45,370 nt of DNA. Origin: Streptosporangiaceae bacterium. GTDB taxonomy: Bacteria; Actinomycetota; Actinomycetes; Streptosporangiales; Streptosporangiaceae. The notes beneath the pieces are model-generated. The model saw only the letters and a program-made list of their open reading frames with translations. It was not told the DNA's origin and ran no database searches. Every line of letters starts with the position of its first letter. Position 1 is the stretch's first letter. The position numbers were made by a program, and so were the translations under genes. The DNA lies in NCBI GenBank assembly GCA_052146815.1, contig JBKQMG010000114.1, positions 1 through 45,370 of the forward strand, in the 5' to 3' direction. This document shows positions 1-9,363 of the stretch, one piece after another.

Positions 1-236
1 GTGTGCTCCTCGCCTTGCTGAACCGGCGCAGCTCTGCCCCACGTCAGCGGTTCGTCCAGATAACCACCGGCCTCACGGCGATCTCCTGCGCCCTCCCGGC
101 GGCGTTCGCAGACACGACCGCCAGCAAGGTCGCCCTGGTTGGACTGCACCTGGTCGCCGCGGCGATCATTGTTCCGGTGCTCGCGCGACACGCCGGCTGA
201 CCCGAGACCGATCCGCTTTCAAAAGGAGCCATCAAG

Positions 237-584
237 ATGCCGCAATACCTAATCTCCGTCTGGCACGACGAAACGTTCGAGGTCGACTTCTCCACTCCCG
301 ACGCGCAGCGCCGTGTCGCCCAGGTGGACGCGTTCAACAGCGAACTGCAACAGGCGGGCGCCTGGGTGTTCGCCGCCGGCCTGCACCCCGCATCTTCGGC
401 CACGGTCGTGCGATCCTCCGGAGGAGACGTATCGATGACCGACGGGCCCTACGCCGAGACCAAAGAACAGATGGGCGGCTTCTGGGTCATCGACGCCACC
501 GATCTCGACGCCGCCCTCGAATGGGCCGGCAAAGCAGCCGCTGCCTGCGAGGGACCGGTTGAGGTCCGGCCCGCACAAGGATGA
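237..584 (+). CDS. YCII-related domain protein (YciI-like small stress/dimeric alpha-beta barrel protein)
   Basis: 115-aa ORF with a YCII-like sequence character. Its ATGA start/stop overlaps the downstream sigma factor gene, the usual YCII-ECF sigma arrangement. Confidence 0.65.
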   Translation: MPQYLISVWHDETFEVDFSTPDAQRRVAQVDAFNSELQQAGAWVFAAGLHPASSATVVRSSGGDVSMTDGPYAETKEQMGGFWVIDATDLDAALEWAGKAAAACEGPVEVRPAQG

Positions 585-1825
585 CCGACACGCTCGACGA
601 GGTCTTCCAGCGCGAAGCCGGCCGCTGCACCGCCACCCTGATCCGCGTCCTCGGCGACATCGACCTCGCTGAGGACGCGGTGGCGGAAGCGTTCGCCATC
701 GCCGCCGAGCAGTGGCCGAAGACGGGGACACCGCCCAACCCGGGCGGCTGGATCACCACGACCGCCCGCAACCGCGCCATCGACCGGCTTCGACGCGAAT
801 CAACCCGCAGCGACCGTCATCTCGAGGCCCACCGACTCCACACCGACAGCATGGATCCTGACCACGATCCCGAACTCGACAGGCTCGACGACTTCGTCGA
901 TGTCGTTCCTGACGACCAGCTCCGGCTCGTGTTCCTGTGCGCACACCCCGCCCTCGCGGCCGATGCGCAGGTCGCTCTCATCCTGCGGCTTCTCGCCAGC
1001 CTCGAGACCAAGGAGATCGCCAGGGCGTTTCTGGTGCCTGAGGTGACGATGGCGCAACGTATCGTGAGGGCCAAACGCAAACTGCACGACAATCACGCCT
1101 CCTACCGCATACCCCGCGCCGCGGAGCTCCCGGACCGGCTCCACGCGGTCCTCACCGCCATCTATCTGATCTACACCGAAGGTCACACCGCCACGTCGGG
1201 ACAGAGCCTGACGAGAACTGATCTTTCGACCGAAGCCGTCCGGCTCGGGCGAACTCTCATCGAGCTGATGCCCGACGAACCGGAGGCCATCGGCCTAGTC
1301 GCCCTGTTGCTGCTCACCGAGGCCCGCCGTCCTGCCCGCAGCAACAACTGCGGGACCATGGTGCGCCTCGCCGACCAGGACCGCTCTCGCTGGGACCCGA
1401 CACTGATCACCGAAGGCCACGAGCTCGTGCGTGCTTGCCTTCGCCGCAACCAGCCAGGACCGTTCCAGATCCAGGCAGCGATAGCCGCGGTGCACACCGA
1501 CGCCCCCACCGCCGAAGCCACCGACTGGTCCCAGATCATCGCCCTGTACGACCAGCTCTACGCCCTGCGCCCCCACCCTGTTGTTGCCCTGAACCGATCG
1601 GTGGCCATCGCGGAGCTCCACGGCCCTGCCGAGGGCCTCGCCGCGCTCGCCGAGATCGACGCCGCCACTCTCGACAACTACCAGCCATACCATGCCGCCC
1701 GCGCCGACCTTCTCGCACGAGCAGGTCGCCGCGACGAGGCACTCGGCGCGTACGACCGAGCCATCGAACTCACTACGAACGCGGTCGAACGCGACTTCCT
1801 CGTGCGCCAACGGGCCGCCCTCTGA
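581..1825 (+). CDS. ECF-type RNA polymerase sigma factor with long C-terminal TPR-like extension (ECF42-like)
   Basis: The N-terminal ~180 aa carry sigma-70 region 2 and region 4 signatures (GWITTTARNRAIDRLRRE; ETKEIARAFLVPEVTMAQRIVRAKRKL). A further ~230 aa of C-terminal extension follows. Translationally coupled to the upstream YCII gene. Confidence 0.8.
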   Translation: MTDTLDEVFQREAGRCTATLIRVLGDIDLAEDAVAEAFAIAAEQWPKTGTPPNPGGWITTTARNRAIDRLRRESTRSDRHLEAHRLHTDSMDPDHDPELDRLDDFVDVVPDDQLRLVFLCAHPALAADAQVALILRLLASLETKEIARAFLVPEVTMAQRIVRAKRKLHDNHASYRIPRAAELPDRLHAVLTAIYLIYTEGHTATSGQSLTRTDLSTEAVRLGRTLIELMPDEPEAIGLVALLLLTEARRPARSNNCGTMVRLADQDRSRWDPTLITEGHELVRACLRRNQPGPFQIQAAIAAVHTDAPTAEATDWSQIIALYDQLYALRPHPVVALNRSVAIAELHGPAEGLAALAEIDAATLDNYQPYHAARADLLARAGRRDEALGAYDRAIELTTNAVERDFLVRQRAAL

Positions 1826-1930
1826 GTAGACGGAATTTCCCGACGCTTCGGTGTCGATTGGGAGCTCCCCGTTCGTGGAGAGGGTGAGTGGCGAGCAGGT
1901 CGCCGCCGATACCGAAAGGAGCCACTAACA

Positions 1931-2479
1931 ATGGGAACGATCAGAGTGCACGAGTTCATGAGCCTCGATGGCGTGATCGACGCTCCAACCTGGACCTTCG
2001 ACTACGGCTTCGACCCCGCTATGGGGCAGGACATCGGCAATCTCATGTCTAGCTGCGAAGCCATCCTGCTGGGACGCAACACCTACGAGATGTTCGAGCC
2101 CGCCTGGTCGGCCCGGACAGCTGCGGAGGACCCCGGTGCTCCGTTTATGAATGATTCCACCAAGTACGTCGTCTCCTCCACTCTGGAAGTAGGAACCTGG
2201 CAGAACTCCGAGATCCTCGGCCCCTACAGTGCCGACGGTATCCGCCGGGTCAAAGGTGAAGTCGATGGTGGCATCTACGTAAGCGGCAGCGGGACGCTTG
2301 TGCGGTCCCTGATCGCTGACGGTCTGATCGACGAGCTGCACCTGTTCGTCTACCCCCTCACCCGAGGTGGAGGACCTCACCTCTTCCACGACGACCCGCC
2401 GACGAAATGGTCGCTGACTCGAAGCGTGACTTACGACAACGGAGCGCTCTACCTCGTCTACGAGGCGGCCACTTCATAA
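1931..2479 (+). CDS. dihydrofolate reductase family protein (RibD C-terminal domain-like)
   Basis: 182 aa. The motifs MSLDGVIDAP and GRNTYEMF are typical of the bacterial DHFR-like/RibD_C family. A GGAG RBS lies upstream. Confidence 0.7.
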   Translation: MGTIRVHEFMSLDGVIDAPTWTFDYGFDPAMGQDIGNLMSSCEAILLGRNTYEMFEPAWSARTAAEDPGAPFMNDSTKYVVSSTLEVGTWQNSEILGPYSADGIRRVKGEVDGGIYVSGSGTLVRSLIADGLIDELHLFVYPLTRGGGPHLFHDDPPTKWSLTRSVTYDNGALYLVYEAATS

Positions 2480-3403
2480 CACCCAACCAATCCGGCTGAC
2501 AGCGGCGACGCACAACAGACGTTAAAGAGCAGACAACCGGCAGCCTGTTTCGTAGGCGGCCACCTATGCAACAGGCCGCCACTGCGAGCCGATCAGCGCC
2601 AACCATGTTTCATGGGTTGTAATTCCAGCAGGTCACGGCAATCCAGTGCCGGGCCGGGAGCAGCGAGCCGCCCGTCCGGCACAAGGCGGCCACCGGCAAT
2701 GACACAATCGAGCACGGCGAAGCTCCGGCTAGCGAGGGTCTGTGGGAAGACACCTCGTATTACCGGGGCTTCGCCTTGCTACATGATCAGGTCCGCCAGG
2801 CCGATACCAGATCGCGACACAACGTCACATCACACCAGCCGGGAACGGCCAGCGCGGGCCTTAGAACGATCTTGAAACGGCCGTGGCCGGCAGCCGGCCC
2901 GAAGCTCATAAGCACACCAAAGAATTGACGGTCTGATATGCCAGAACCGGATCACGTCATTGCACCCGAGTTGGCGGCACACTTGCCGATGTTCCGGTAG
3001 GCAACGAGGACCATTCCGGGTCGGCGACCTACCTGCTGATCGGGCCGATGCGCCAGCCGATGGAACCAAATGCTGCCGGCCCGCCCCCGGCGCTCGCCTG
3101 CTGCCGCGATGAGCGGCAGGAGATCCCGGACGCGGCCATCGCAGAGATATCCACGCGTCCGCCCACTAGCCCGACTGCCTTCACCGTCAGCAAATTCGGC
3201 CGACGCCGCCGCGATCCTGCACGTTTCATGGAAGGGCGCCGCCCAGTACCACGACATATCGGAGGACGGTTCCACCCACCACCACGCAGCGTGGCGTTAC
3301 CCAGGCAAGGTGGCTGACACGCTTCGCTTTCCGCGCTCGGCCGCGCCAACGGCGAGCCTCTCGTCGATCCGGAGCAGCCTGAAGCCGGCGGCTCACTGGC
3401 GCG

Positions 3404-4273
3404 CTACAGGTGTTCTGATAGCCAGGCATGCACCTCGGGTACGCGATTCTGCAGCAGCGTCAGGTGCCCGTCGTCGTCAAGCAGCCGGGCCTCGACGCCG
3501 GGAATGTGCGCAGCCAGCCATTCGCCGTGGCCGAACGGCACGAACATGTCCTGCCTGCCGTGCAGCAGCAGGACCGGGACAGCGATGTCGGACAGGTCGA
3601 ATCCCCACGGTCTGACCAGGCAGTTGTCGTCCCACCATCCCTGGCTGCCGGGCGCCAGCCCGTCCTGCGAAGAGGACACCAGGTACTCGGCCAGCTCGCC
3701 GTGCAGGACCGCCGCATCTGTCGGCGTGAGGAGCGATTCAATCCCCCTGGCCGCATCGTCTGGCGACGTGGCCAGCATCTCCTCCCGGTCCTTGTCCGTC
3801 TTTGCCCTGGCCGCTGCCTCGTCGGTGATGAAAAGGCGGGTGTCATCCACGTTGTCCTGGCCCATGCCTGCGAAATAGTCAAGGCCATCGGCGTCGAGCG
3901 GGGCCAGCGAGGCAAGCGAGGCGGCGGCAGTTACCAGATCCGGGAGCAGGGCGGCGCACGCGAGCACGTGCGGACCGCCGCCTGAGATGCCCCACGTTGC
4001 CAGGCGATCGATGCCGAGCTCAGCGCAGATCATGCGGACATCGCCGGCGCAGTCGGCGACGGTGCGCCCAGGCTGGGGCGAGGACCCTCCGTAGCCTGGC
4101 CTGTCGCAGCTGATCAGCCGCAACCCGCGCTCGGCGGCATCCCGCACGTTCGGGCCATAAAGGTGCCTGGAATTTGGCGTGCCCATGTGGACCAGCACCG
4201 GCCGACCAGCGGGATCACCGCAATCTTCGACAGCCAGCGTCCGGCCGTCGGGCGTGCGAACTGTGCGCTGCAC
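3404..4273 (-). CDS. alpha/beta-fold hydrolase
   Basis: 289 aa. A GISGGG nucleophile-elbow-like motif and an HG oxyanion-hole-like region (VLVHMGTPNSRH) are present, and the overall length fits the fold. Confidence 0.7.
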   Translation of the reverse strand: MQRTVRTPDGRTLAVEDCGDPAGRPVLVHMGTPNSRHLYGPNVRDAAERGLRLISCDRPGYGGSSPQPGRTVADCAGDVRMICAELGIDRLATWGISGGGPHVLACAALLPDLVTAAASLASLAPLDADGLDYFAGMGQDNVDDTRLFITDEAAARAKTDKDREEMLATSPDDAARGIESLLTPTDAAVLHGELAEYLVSSSQDGLAPGSQGWWDDNCLVRPWGFDLSDIAVPVLLLHGRQDMFVPFGHGEWLAAHIPGVEARLLDDDGHLTLLQNRVPEVHAWLSEHL

Positions 4274-4385
4274 GTTTGCCTCCTTCGCACTGCGCCGAGT
4301 CGACCTTAGCCGTCAGCTCACGATTACGGACAGCAGATTATTCAGGGACAGCGCCAGCCACGACGGTTTGCCCTACTCTCCTCCT

Positions 4386-4666
4386 GTGAGCAGCGAACTG
4401 TGGCTTGGCGCTCTCGCCACGCTGACCGGGGCCGCGCTCGGGGGGCTATCAGCTTCGTGGTTAGCCGCCAGCAGATCAACGAAGCCCGGCTCCAGCGCGT
4501 CGAGGAAGCCGAGCGGGACAGATATCGGCGAAGCCTGGACCAGAGAATAGACGCATACGCAGACTTCTATACGCGGACGCGGCCCGGCGGCCAGCCGCCC
4601 GAAGGCGGCGCGCACCAGCAGGCTTGCCATTACGCCGTCAGCCCCTGCCGGAGGCCAACGGCATAA
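4386..4666 (+). pseudogene. small single-TM protein of unknown function, interrupted by a frameshift in a G6 homopolymer
   Basis: A GTG start at 4386 gives MSSELWLGALATLTGAALGG. Protein-like sequence then continues in the +2 frame (AISFVVSRQQINEARLQRVEEAERDRYRRSLDQRIDAYADFY...). The two frames join if the run of six G at about 4427-4432 is read as seven. Confidence 0.35.
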
Positions 4667-4911
4667 CCGGCTGTTCTGCGCACCGCAGCCGCCCGGGGGG
4701 GACGTCATCAACCCGACAGCACCTATTCGGCAGGGAGGATCCTCAGGACGGAGAATGTAGCGCTCCGTTACCGCTCGTCGTCGACCGACGGCTGTCTGCC
4801 ATCCCGGCTTTATGCTTCATACCTAGTCCGCCGGGTGGCCCGGTGCACCGGTTGCCTCCGGAGGCATCGACCTCCTATGGTTAAGCTGTCCCTTAAATCG
4901 AGGAGGCTCCC

Positions 4912-5273
4912 TTGGCATGGGCGGTGAAGGTCACTTACTAGTACGCCGCATGGTTCACCGCGCTGATCAAGGAGGACCTTGCCTCAGCGATCCAGGTAGC
5001 ACAGGCGGTCGCGGCATTACGGGAGGAAGGGCCGACGCTCGGCCGGCCGCTCGTGGACCGGCTCAAGGGCACCAGGGTTCACCACCTCAAGGAGCCCCGG
5101 CCCGGGTCGAAGGGCCGGTCAGAGATCAGGATCATCTTCGCGTTCGACCCCGCCCGGTCGGCGCTGCTGCTACTGGGCGGCGACCAGGCCGGCAACTGGC
5201 AGCGATGGTACCGGGACAACATCCCGCTCGCCGAGCAGCTGTACCCCGATTACACCGCCGACAACGAGGAGTG
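4912..5273 (+). pseudogene. RelE/ParE-superfamily (HigB-like, Gp49-type) toxin gene with in-frame amber codon at codon 10
   Basis: An AGGAGG RBS is followed 5 nt later by TTG at 4912, giving MAWAVKVTY-TAG-YAAWFTALIKEDLASAIQVAQAVAALREEGPTLGRPLVDRLKGTRVHHLKEPRPGSKGRSEIRIIFAFDPARSALLLLGGDQAGNWQRWYRDNIPLAEQLY. This matches the conserved HigB-like N-terminus pattern MxWxVEFxxxFxxWfxxL except for a TAG at 4939-4941. Confidence 0.6.
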
Positions 5274-5279
5274 AGGAAC

Positions 5280-5627
5280 ATGCCCAAGCGCATCCCGCAG
5301 GACTGGGAAGACCTAGAGCGGGAACTCCACGCCGCCGGCGTCTCCCCTGACGAGATCGAAGCCGGGGCACGCGAGCTGCTGGCCCGGGCCCGGGGTCACC
5401 AGCTGTCCGAGGCCCGCAAGCAGCTCGGCCTCGGGCAAAAGGAGATCGCCAGTGCCATGGGGGTGAGCGTGGCCCGCGTGTCCCAGATCGAGCACGGCGA
5501 AGTAGCCTCCTTCGAGGTCATCGCTCGTTACGTCGAAGCCCTCGGGGGCCGCCTGGACCTTGTCGCCGACTTCGGCGACCGAACCGTCCGGCTGCCCGTC
5601 AGCAACACTGCCACCGCTGCGGCGTAA
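5280..5627 (+). CDS. XRE-family HTH antitoxin (HigA-like)
   Basis: The HTH motif SEARKQLGLGQKEIASAMGVSVARVSQIEHGE is present. The gene sits 6 nt downstream of the toxin stop with a GGAGGAG RBS. The toxin-then-antitoxin order matches the HigBA layout. Confidence 0.75.
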   Translation: MPKRIPQDWEDLERELHAAGVSPDEIEAGARELLARARGHQLSEARKQLGLGQKEIASAMGVSVARVSQIEHGEVASFEVIARYVEALGGRLDLVADFGDRTVRLPVSNTATAAA

Positions 5628-5656
5628 GAGGCCAGCGTGATCGCTGCGCTCTCTCC

Positions 5657-5692
5657 TCTAGCTAAGCGTCGTCGTCTAGCAAGCGTCGTCGT
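5657..5692. repeat. tandem direct repeat 2 x ~18 bp (tctagc(t)aagcgtcgtcg)
   Basis: Seen directly downstream of the antitoxin stop, between the TA module and tRNA-Pro. Confidence 0.6.
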
Positions 5693-5846
5693 CGGCCCCG
5701 GGGCGCCTGGGAATCTGCCGACACCGAGAGCCAGCTGAAGCCCTGTCCGGGCCGCGCCTGATGCTCGGCGGAGTAGCAGGTGGCTCCCCCGCGCCGCCCG
5801 GTGATGATCTTCACCAAGATCGATATGCCCTCTGATCTGGAGGAAC

Positions 5847-5924
5847 TGGTCGGGATGGGGAGATTCGAACTCCCGGCCTCCTGCTCCCAAAGCAGGCGCG
5901 CTAACCAAGCTGCGCCACATCCCG
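5847..5924 (-). tRNA. tRNA-Pro (anticodon TGG)
   Basis: Folded by hand into a cloverleaf. The 7-bp acceptor stem is CGGGATG/CATCCCG, the anticodon loop is TTTGGGA, the T-arm is GGGAGTTCGAATCTCCC, and a CCA end is encoded. Confidence 0.9.
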
Positions 5925-6012
5925 CCAAGCCAGCCGAAGCCTACCCTGTCGGCAGGCAGACACCGGCCGGAGCCCGGAACCGGTAGGCTACGCATAGCGG
6001 TCACGCCGCCGC

Positions 6013-6086
6013 GCGGGCGTAGCTCAATGGTAGAGCCCCAGCCTTCCAAGCTGGTCATGCCGGTTCGATCCCGGTCGCCCGCTCCA
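6013..6086 (+). tRNA. tRNA-Gly (anticodon TCC)
   Basis: GCGGGCGTAGCTCAATGGTAGAGC...CTTCCAA...GGTTCGATCCCGGTCGCCCGCTCCA. The acceptor, D, anticodon and T arms all fold, and a CCA end is encoded. Confidence 0.9.
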
Positions 6087-6090
6087 ACCA

Positions 6091-6180
6091 CAAACCCCAG
6101 CTCAAGACCATGATCATCGAGTCGGTACTACCGTCTGGGGGCCGCGCGTAGTCATGATTGATCATGGGCTGGGGCTGGTG
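6091..6180. repeat. imperfect inverted repeat immediately 3' of tRNA-Gly (arms ccccagc...ccatgatca / tgatcatgggctgggg)
   Basis: Left arm accccagctcaagaccatgatcatcga; reverse complement of the right arm accagccccagcccatgatcaatcatga. It may be a tRNA terminator or an att-site remnant. Confidence 0.45.
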
Positions 6181-6368
6181 ACCTGCAGCCATCGAGTTCC
6201 GCTCCAGCAGGCCCAGGCATTACCCGCCGACGTGACCGCAGGCTGCCACGCCGATCGGCGCGGCAGCCCTGCTGGGCCGTGGCTGCCCGGCTGCTCCGAC
6301 GCCCGGACTTCGCCCTGCCTGTAGTCCGTAGCCGGATTCTGCTCGTCCGGGTCCGATCTTGCCGCTCA

Positions 6369-7379
6369 CTATCCGCCGACGTACCGCACTCGGGGGTCGA
6401 GCATGGCGTAGGCGACGTCGGCCAGCAGGGACCCGATCACGGTCGCCACTGCTACCACCACGGTGAAGCCCAGCAGCACCGGATAGTCGTCTCGCTGCGC
6501 CGACTGGTAGAAGAGGTAGCCCATGCCGGGATAGTTGAAGACTGCCTCGGTGATCAGCGCGCCCGCGAGGATGCCCGGCAGGCTCAGCCCGAGCAGGGTG
6601 ACCGTCGAGCTCAGCGCATTGCGCATGACGTGACGGATCAGCACCCGCTTCTCGCTGGCGCCCTTGGCGCGAGCGGTCCGCACATAGTCCTCGGTGAGGT
6701 TGTCCAGCACGGAGGAACGCATGTATCTGCTGAACAAGGCGACCGTGGTGGCCGCCAGGCAGAAGATCGGCAGGATAAGGGCATTGAAGTCCGTGAAGAC
6801 GGCGCCCAGGCCCTCGCCCTGCGGGCCTTCCGCGGGCAGGATCGGGATCTTGATGGCGAACACCAGGATCAGGAGAATCCCGATCAGGAAGTCCGGCGTG
6901 GAGTAGAAGATCGTGGACACGGCGTTGAATACGTGGTCGGTGGCGCGGTTGCGGCGCACCGCCTGCAGCACGCCGATCGGGATCGCCAGGATCAGCGCCA
7001 GCACGGTGGAGATTCCGACCAGGATGATGGTCTTGGGCATCCTGTTGGCCAGCAGCGAGGCGACACTCTGGTTCAGCGTCCATGAGAAGCCGAGATTGCC
7101 GCGCACAATGTTTCCGAGCCACAGGAAGTACTGCCGGTACCAGGGAAGGTTGAACCCGTAGTCGGCATCGAAGAGCCTTATCGCGGCCGGGTTGCGGTAG
7201 GCACCGGGGCCCATCACCGCCACCGCGACGTTGCCAGGGATCATCCGCAGCGCGGCGAACGTCAGCATCGTCACGATCAGCAGCACCACGACGGCCTGAA
7301 GCAGCCTGCGGATGAGGAAGACTACCAACGCTGCCCCTTTCCATCCCGCGCTGCCGCATGTCTCCGAAGAACGATCCAT
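6369..7379 (-). CDS. ABC transporter permease, DppB/OppB (binding-protein-dependent peptide/nickel) family; orphan
   Basis: Six-TM permease signature LIRRLLQ...EDYVRTARAKG...NALSSTVTLLGLSLPGILAGALITEAVFNYPGMG. The true start is probably the TTG at about 7329, preceded by AAAGGGG. No cognate dppC, dppA or dppDF genes are adjacent. Confidence 0.8.
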   Translation of the reverse strand: MDRSSETCGSAGWKGAALVVFLIRRLLQAVVVLLIVTMLTFAALRMIPGNVAVAVMGPGAYRNPAAIRLFDADYGFNLPWYRQYFLWLGNIVRGNLGFSWTLNQSVASLLANRMPKTIILVGISTVLALILAIPIGVLQAVRRNRATDHVFNAVSTIFYSTPDFLIGILLILVFAIKIPILPAEGPQGEGLGAVFTDFNALILPIFCLAATTVALFSRYMRSSVLDNLTEDYVRTARAKGASEKRVLIRHVMRNALSSTVTLLGLSLPGILAGALITEAVFNYPGMGYLFYQSAQRDDYPVLLGFTVVVAVATVIGSLLADVAYAMLDPRVRYVGG

Positions 7380-7779
7380 CTGAGGGTACTAGCTACCCCG
7401 ACCGGGTCACTGAGGCAGAGCGTCCCTCACGTTCTGAAGTCCATGCAGGTAGCGACGCTGAGATCGAGGTCTCAACTGGGCACTCCTGAGTGACACGAGC
7501 GAGATATGAACAATTTAGGCAAGAACAAGATGTTGCACTGTTATGTGATGCACGCCGGACTGTTACGTCGCGAGCCAGGGCTTCTGCGGAAATCTGCCTT
7601 GCCGCCCGGCCGGGCTGGTGAGGTCAATGCGAACGCACCGATGGACGCTGTGAGGGGAGCCGCCAATGACTGACGGGCCGGGCCCGGCTCCTCTTGACCA
7701 TGCCGATCGCTCGGCGCCGCCCGCAGCGGCCGGTCAAGGGCAAGCTCACGGGCCGGGGGCTGACGGACCGCCAGGCGCC

Positions 7780-8128
7780 GCAGATGACGGGCCGGGCCGT
7801 GGTGCTCTGGTGCTCTGCCACGGCGACCTGCACGTGCGCCATCTGCTGGTTGACGGCGACGGCTCGGCGGCAGGGGTCATCGACTGGGGCGATCTTTGCC
7901 TCGCAGATGCCGCGGTGGACTTGTCGATCGCCTACTTCGCGTTTGCCGGGAAGCGCGCGAGGACCTGCTGTCCGCTATGGCCGGCCCGTCCGCGCTGAGC
8001 GGGAACTGGCGGCGCGCGCCTGCGCGATATCTCTGGCCGCTTCGCTCACCGAATACGCCGCCGACGAAGGGAGAGGCCGGCTGCTGCGGGAATACGTCCG
8101 CGGACTCCGGCGGGCGGTCACCGCCTGA
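7780..8128 (+). pseudogene. aminoglycoside/antibiotic phosphotransferase (APH) family kinase remnant, N-terminally truncated and frameshifted
   Basis: Only the catalytic C-lobe motifs remain (LCHGDLHVRHLLVD; GVIDWGDLCLADAAVDLSIAY). Downstream protein-like sequence continues in two other frames (EAREDLLSAMAGP...; ...ERELAARACAISLAASLTEYAADEGRGRLLREYVRGL). Confidence 0.55.
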
Positions 8129-8210
8129 GTCCGCGGCCGGCGGTGCGCCCCGGGCCATGTCAGCCGCCGCGTGACCTCCCGGACGCGCCGATGAGTTTGC
8201 CCGGGCCCGC

Positions 8211-8235
8211 GAGTCTGAACAGTGGAGTCTGAACA
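8211..8235. promoter_or_regulatory. tandem direct repeat gagtctgaaca-gtg-gagtctgaaca just upstream of the PPOX-family gene
   Basis: Two exact 11-bp copies 3 bp apart, 18 bp upstream of the ATG at 8253. Confidence 0.35.
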
Positions 8236-8252
8236 TTGCAAGAGGAGCTTCG

Positions 8253-8771
8253 ATGACGACACCAGCAACCATGCTCGACGAGCGATACAGCGACCCTGGC
8301 GCAGGCGCGACGGGGTGGGAGGACACCCGCCGAGTACTCGAGACCGCGGAACTGTTCTGGATCTCTACCGTGCGGGCAGACGGCAGGCCGCACGTCACGC
8401 CGCTGGTCGCCGTCTGGGCAGAGGACGCCCTGCATTTCTGCACCGGCATCACTGAGCAGAAGGCCATCAACCTGACCGGCAACCCGCACGTGATCCTCAT
8501 GACCGGCAGCAACCAGTGGGATGACGGCCTGGACGTCGTGGTCGAGGGCGACGCCCTTCATGTCACCGACGAGGAGACGCTGAAGCGCCTCGCGCAGGCG
8601 TGGACCGCGAAATGGGACGGGCGCTGGCAGTACCTGGTCGGGGACGGCTGTTTCCATCACCCCGATACCGGCGACGCTGAGCCGGAGATGATCCTCGTCT
8701 ACTCGGTAACACCCAGCAAGGTCCTCGCGTTCGCCAAAGGAGCTTTCAGCCACACGAGCCACCGGTTCTGA
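8253..8771 (+). CDS. pyridoxamine 5'-phosphate oxidase family protein (general stress protein 26-like FMN/F420-binding split barrel)
   Basis: 172 aa. The N-terminal pattern ...LETAELFWISTVRADGRPHVTPL... is typical of the PPOX/GSP26 family. Confidence 0.7.
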   Translation: MTTPATMLDERYSDPGAGATGWEDTRRVLETAELFWISTVRADGRPHVTPLVAVWAEDALHFCTGITEQKAINLTGNPHVILMTGSNQWDDGLDVVVEGDALHVTDEETLKRLAQAWTAKWDGRWQYLVGDGCFHHPDTGDAEPEMILVYSVTPSKVLAFAKGAFSHTSHRF

Positions 8772-8844
8772 CCACTGGCCGTGGCCGCTCGCGGGCAGCA
8801 TTCACTGCCGGGTGCCTTTTCGCAGCGCGTGACATGATCGGGCC

Positions 8845-9363
8845 ATGAGCGAGCAGGTGACGCTGCGGCCGGTCAGCGAGGAGGACTTACCGGTCCTGCA
8901 GAAGCTGACTCAGGACCCCAGGACTACGGGCGAGTTCGAGCAGTACGGGTGGTATGCCCCGCGGATCTTCCGGCGCCGCTGGGCCGAGAACGGCCTCATC
9001 AGCGAAGATGGCGGAGCTTTCACGGTGATCTGCGGCGCCCAGCTGATCGGCGCGGTGAGCAGGCGGCGCCATGAGACTGCGCCCGCCTCGCACTGCTGGG
9101 TCCTCGGCATCGCACTGCTTCCCGCAGCCTGTGGCCGCGGGTACGGCACGCAGGTGCACCGACTGCTGGTGCGCTACCTGTTCGCGCACACGACGGTCAA
9201 CCGGATCGAGGCTGCCACCGAGATCGGCAATCTTGCGGAGCAAAGAGTCCTGGAGAAGACCGGATTCTCCCGCGAAGGCATCACGCGGGGCATCCGCTGG
9301 CGCGACGGCGAGTGGCGCGACGAAGTGCTCTACGCCATCCTCCGCGCCGACCCGCGCGGGTAA
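8845..9363 (+). CDS. GNAT family N-acetyltransferase
   Basis: 172 aa. The acetyl-CoA binding motif region VLGIALLPAACGRGYGTQ (Q/RxxGxG/A) is present, and the length fits the GNAT fold. Confidence 0.8.
   Translation: MSEQVTLRPVSEEDLPVLQKLTQDPRTTGEFEQYGWYAPRIFRRRWAENGLISEDGGAFTVICGAQLIGAVSRRRHETAPASHCWVLGIALLPAACGRGYGTQVHRLLVRYLFAHTTVNRIEAATEIGNLAEQRVLEKTGFSREGITRGIRWRDGEWRDEVLYAILRADPRG

Noticed and set aside
2480-3400. cluster of 80-180-aa ORFs on both strands (e.g. 2952-3275, 3029-3349, 3070-3615)
   Set aside because: They are mutually overlapping and have low complexity. No motif is recognisable. This is probably decayed or non-coding DNA. Pseudogene fragments cannot be excluded, but no call can be supported.
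5662-5986. ORFs of 88 and 68 aa overlapping the tRNA-Pro locus
   Set aside because: The region encodes a canonical tRNA-Pro(TGG), and the ORFs are chance reading frames.
6220-7359. 379-aa minus-strand ORF and 268-aa plus-strand ORF overlapping the permease
   Set aside because: They are alternative frames of the DppB-type permease gene. The permease frame gives a coherent six-TM protein and the others are Arg/Gly/Pro-rich.
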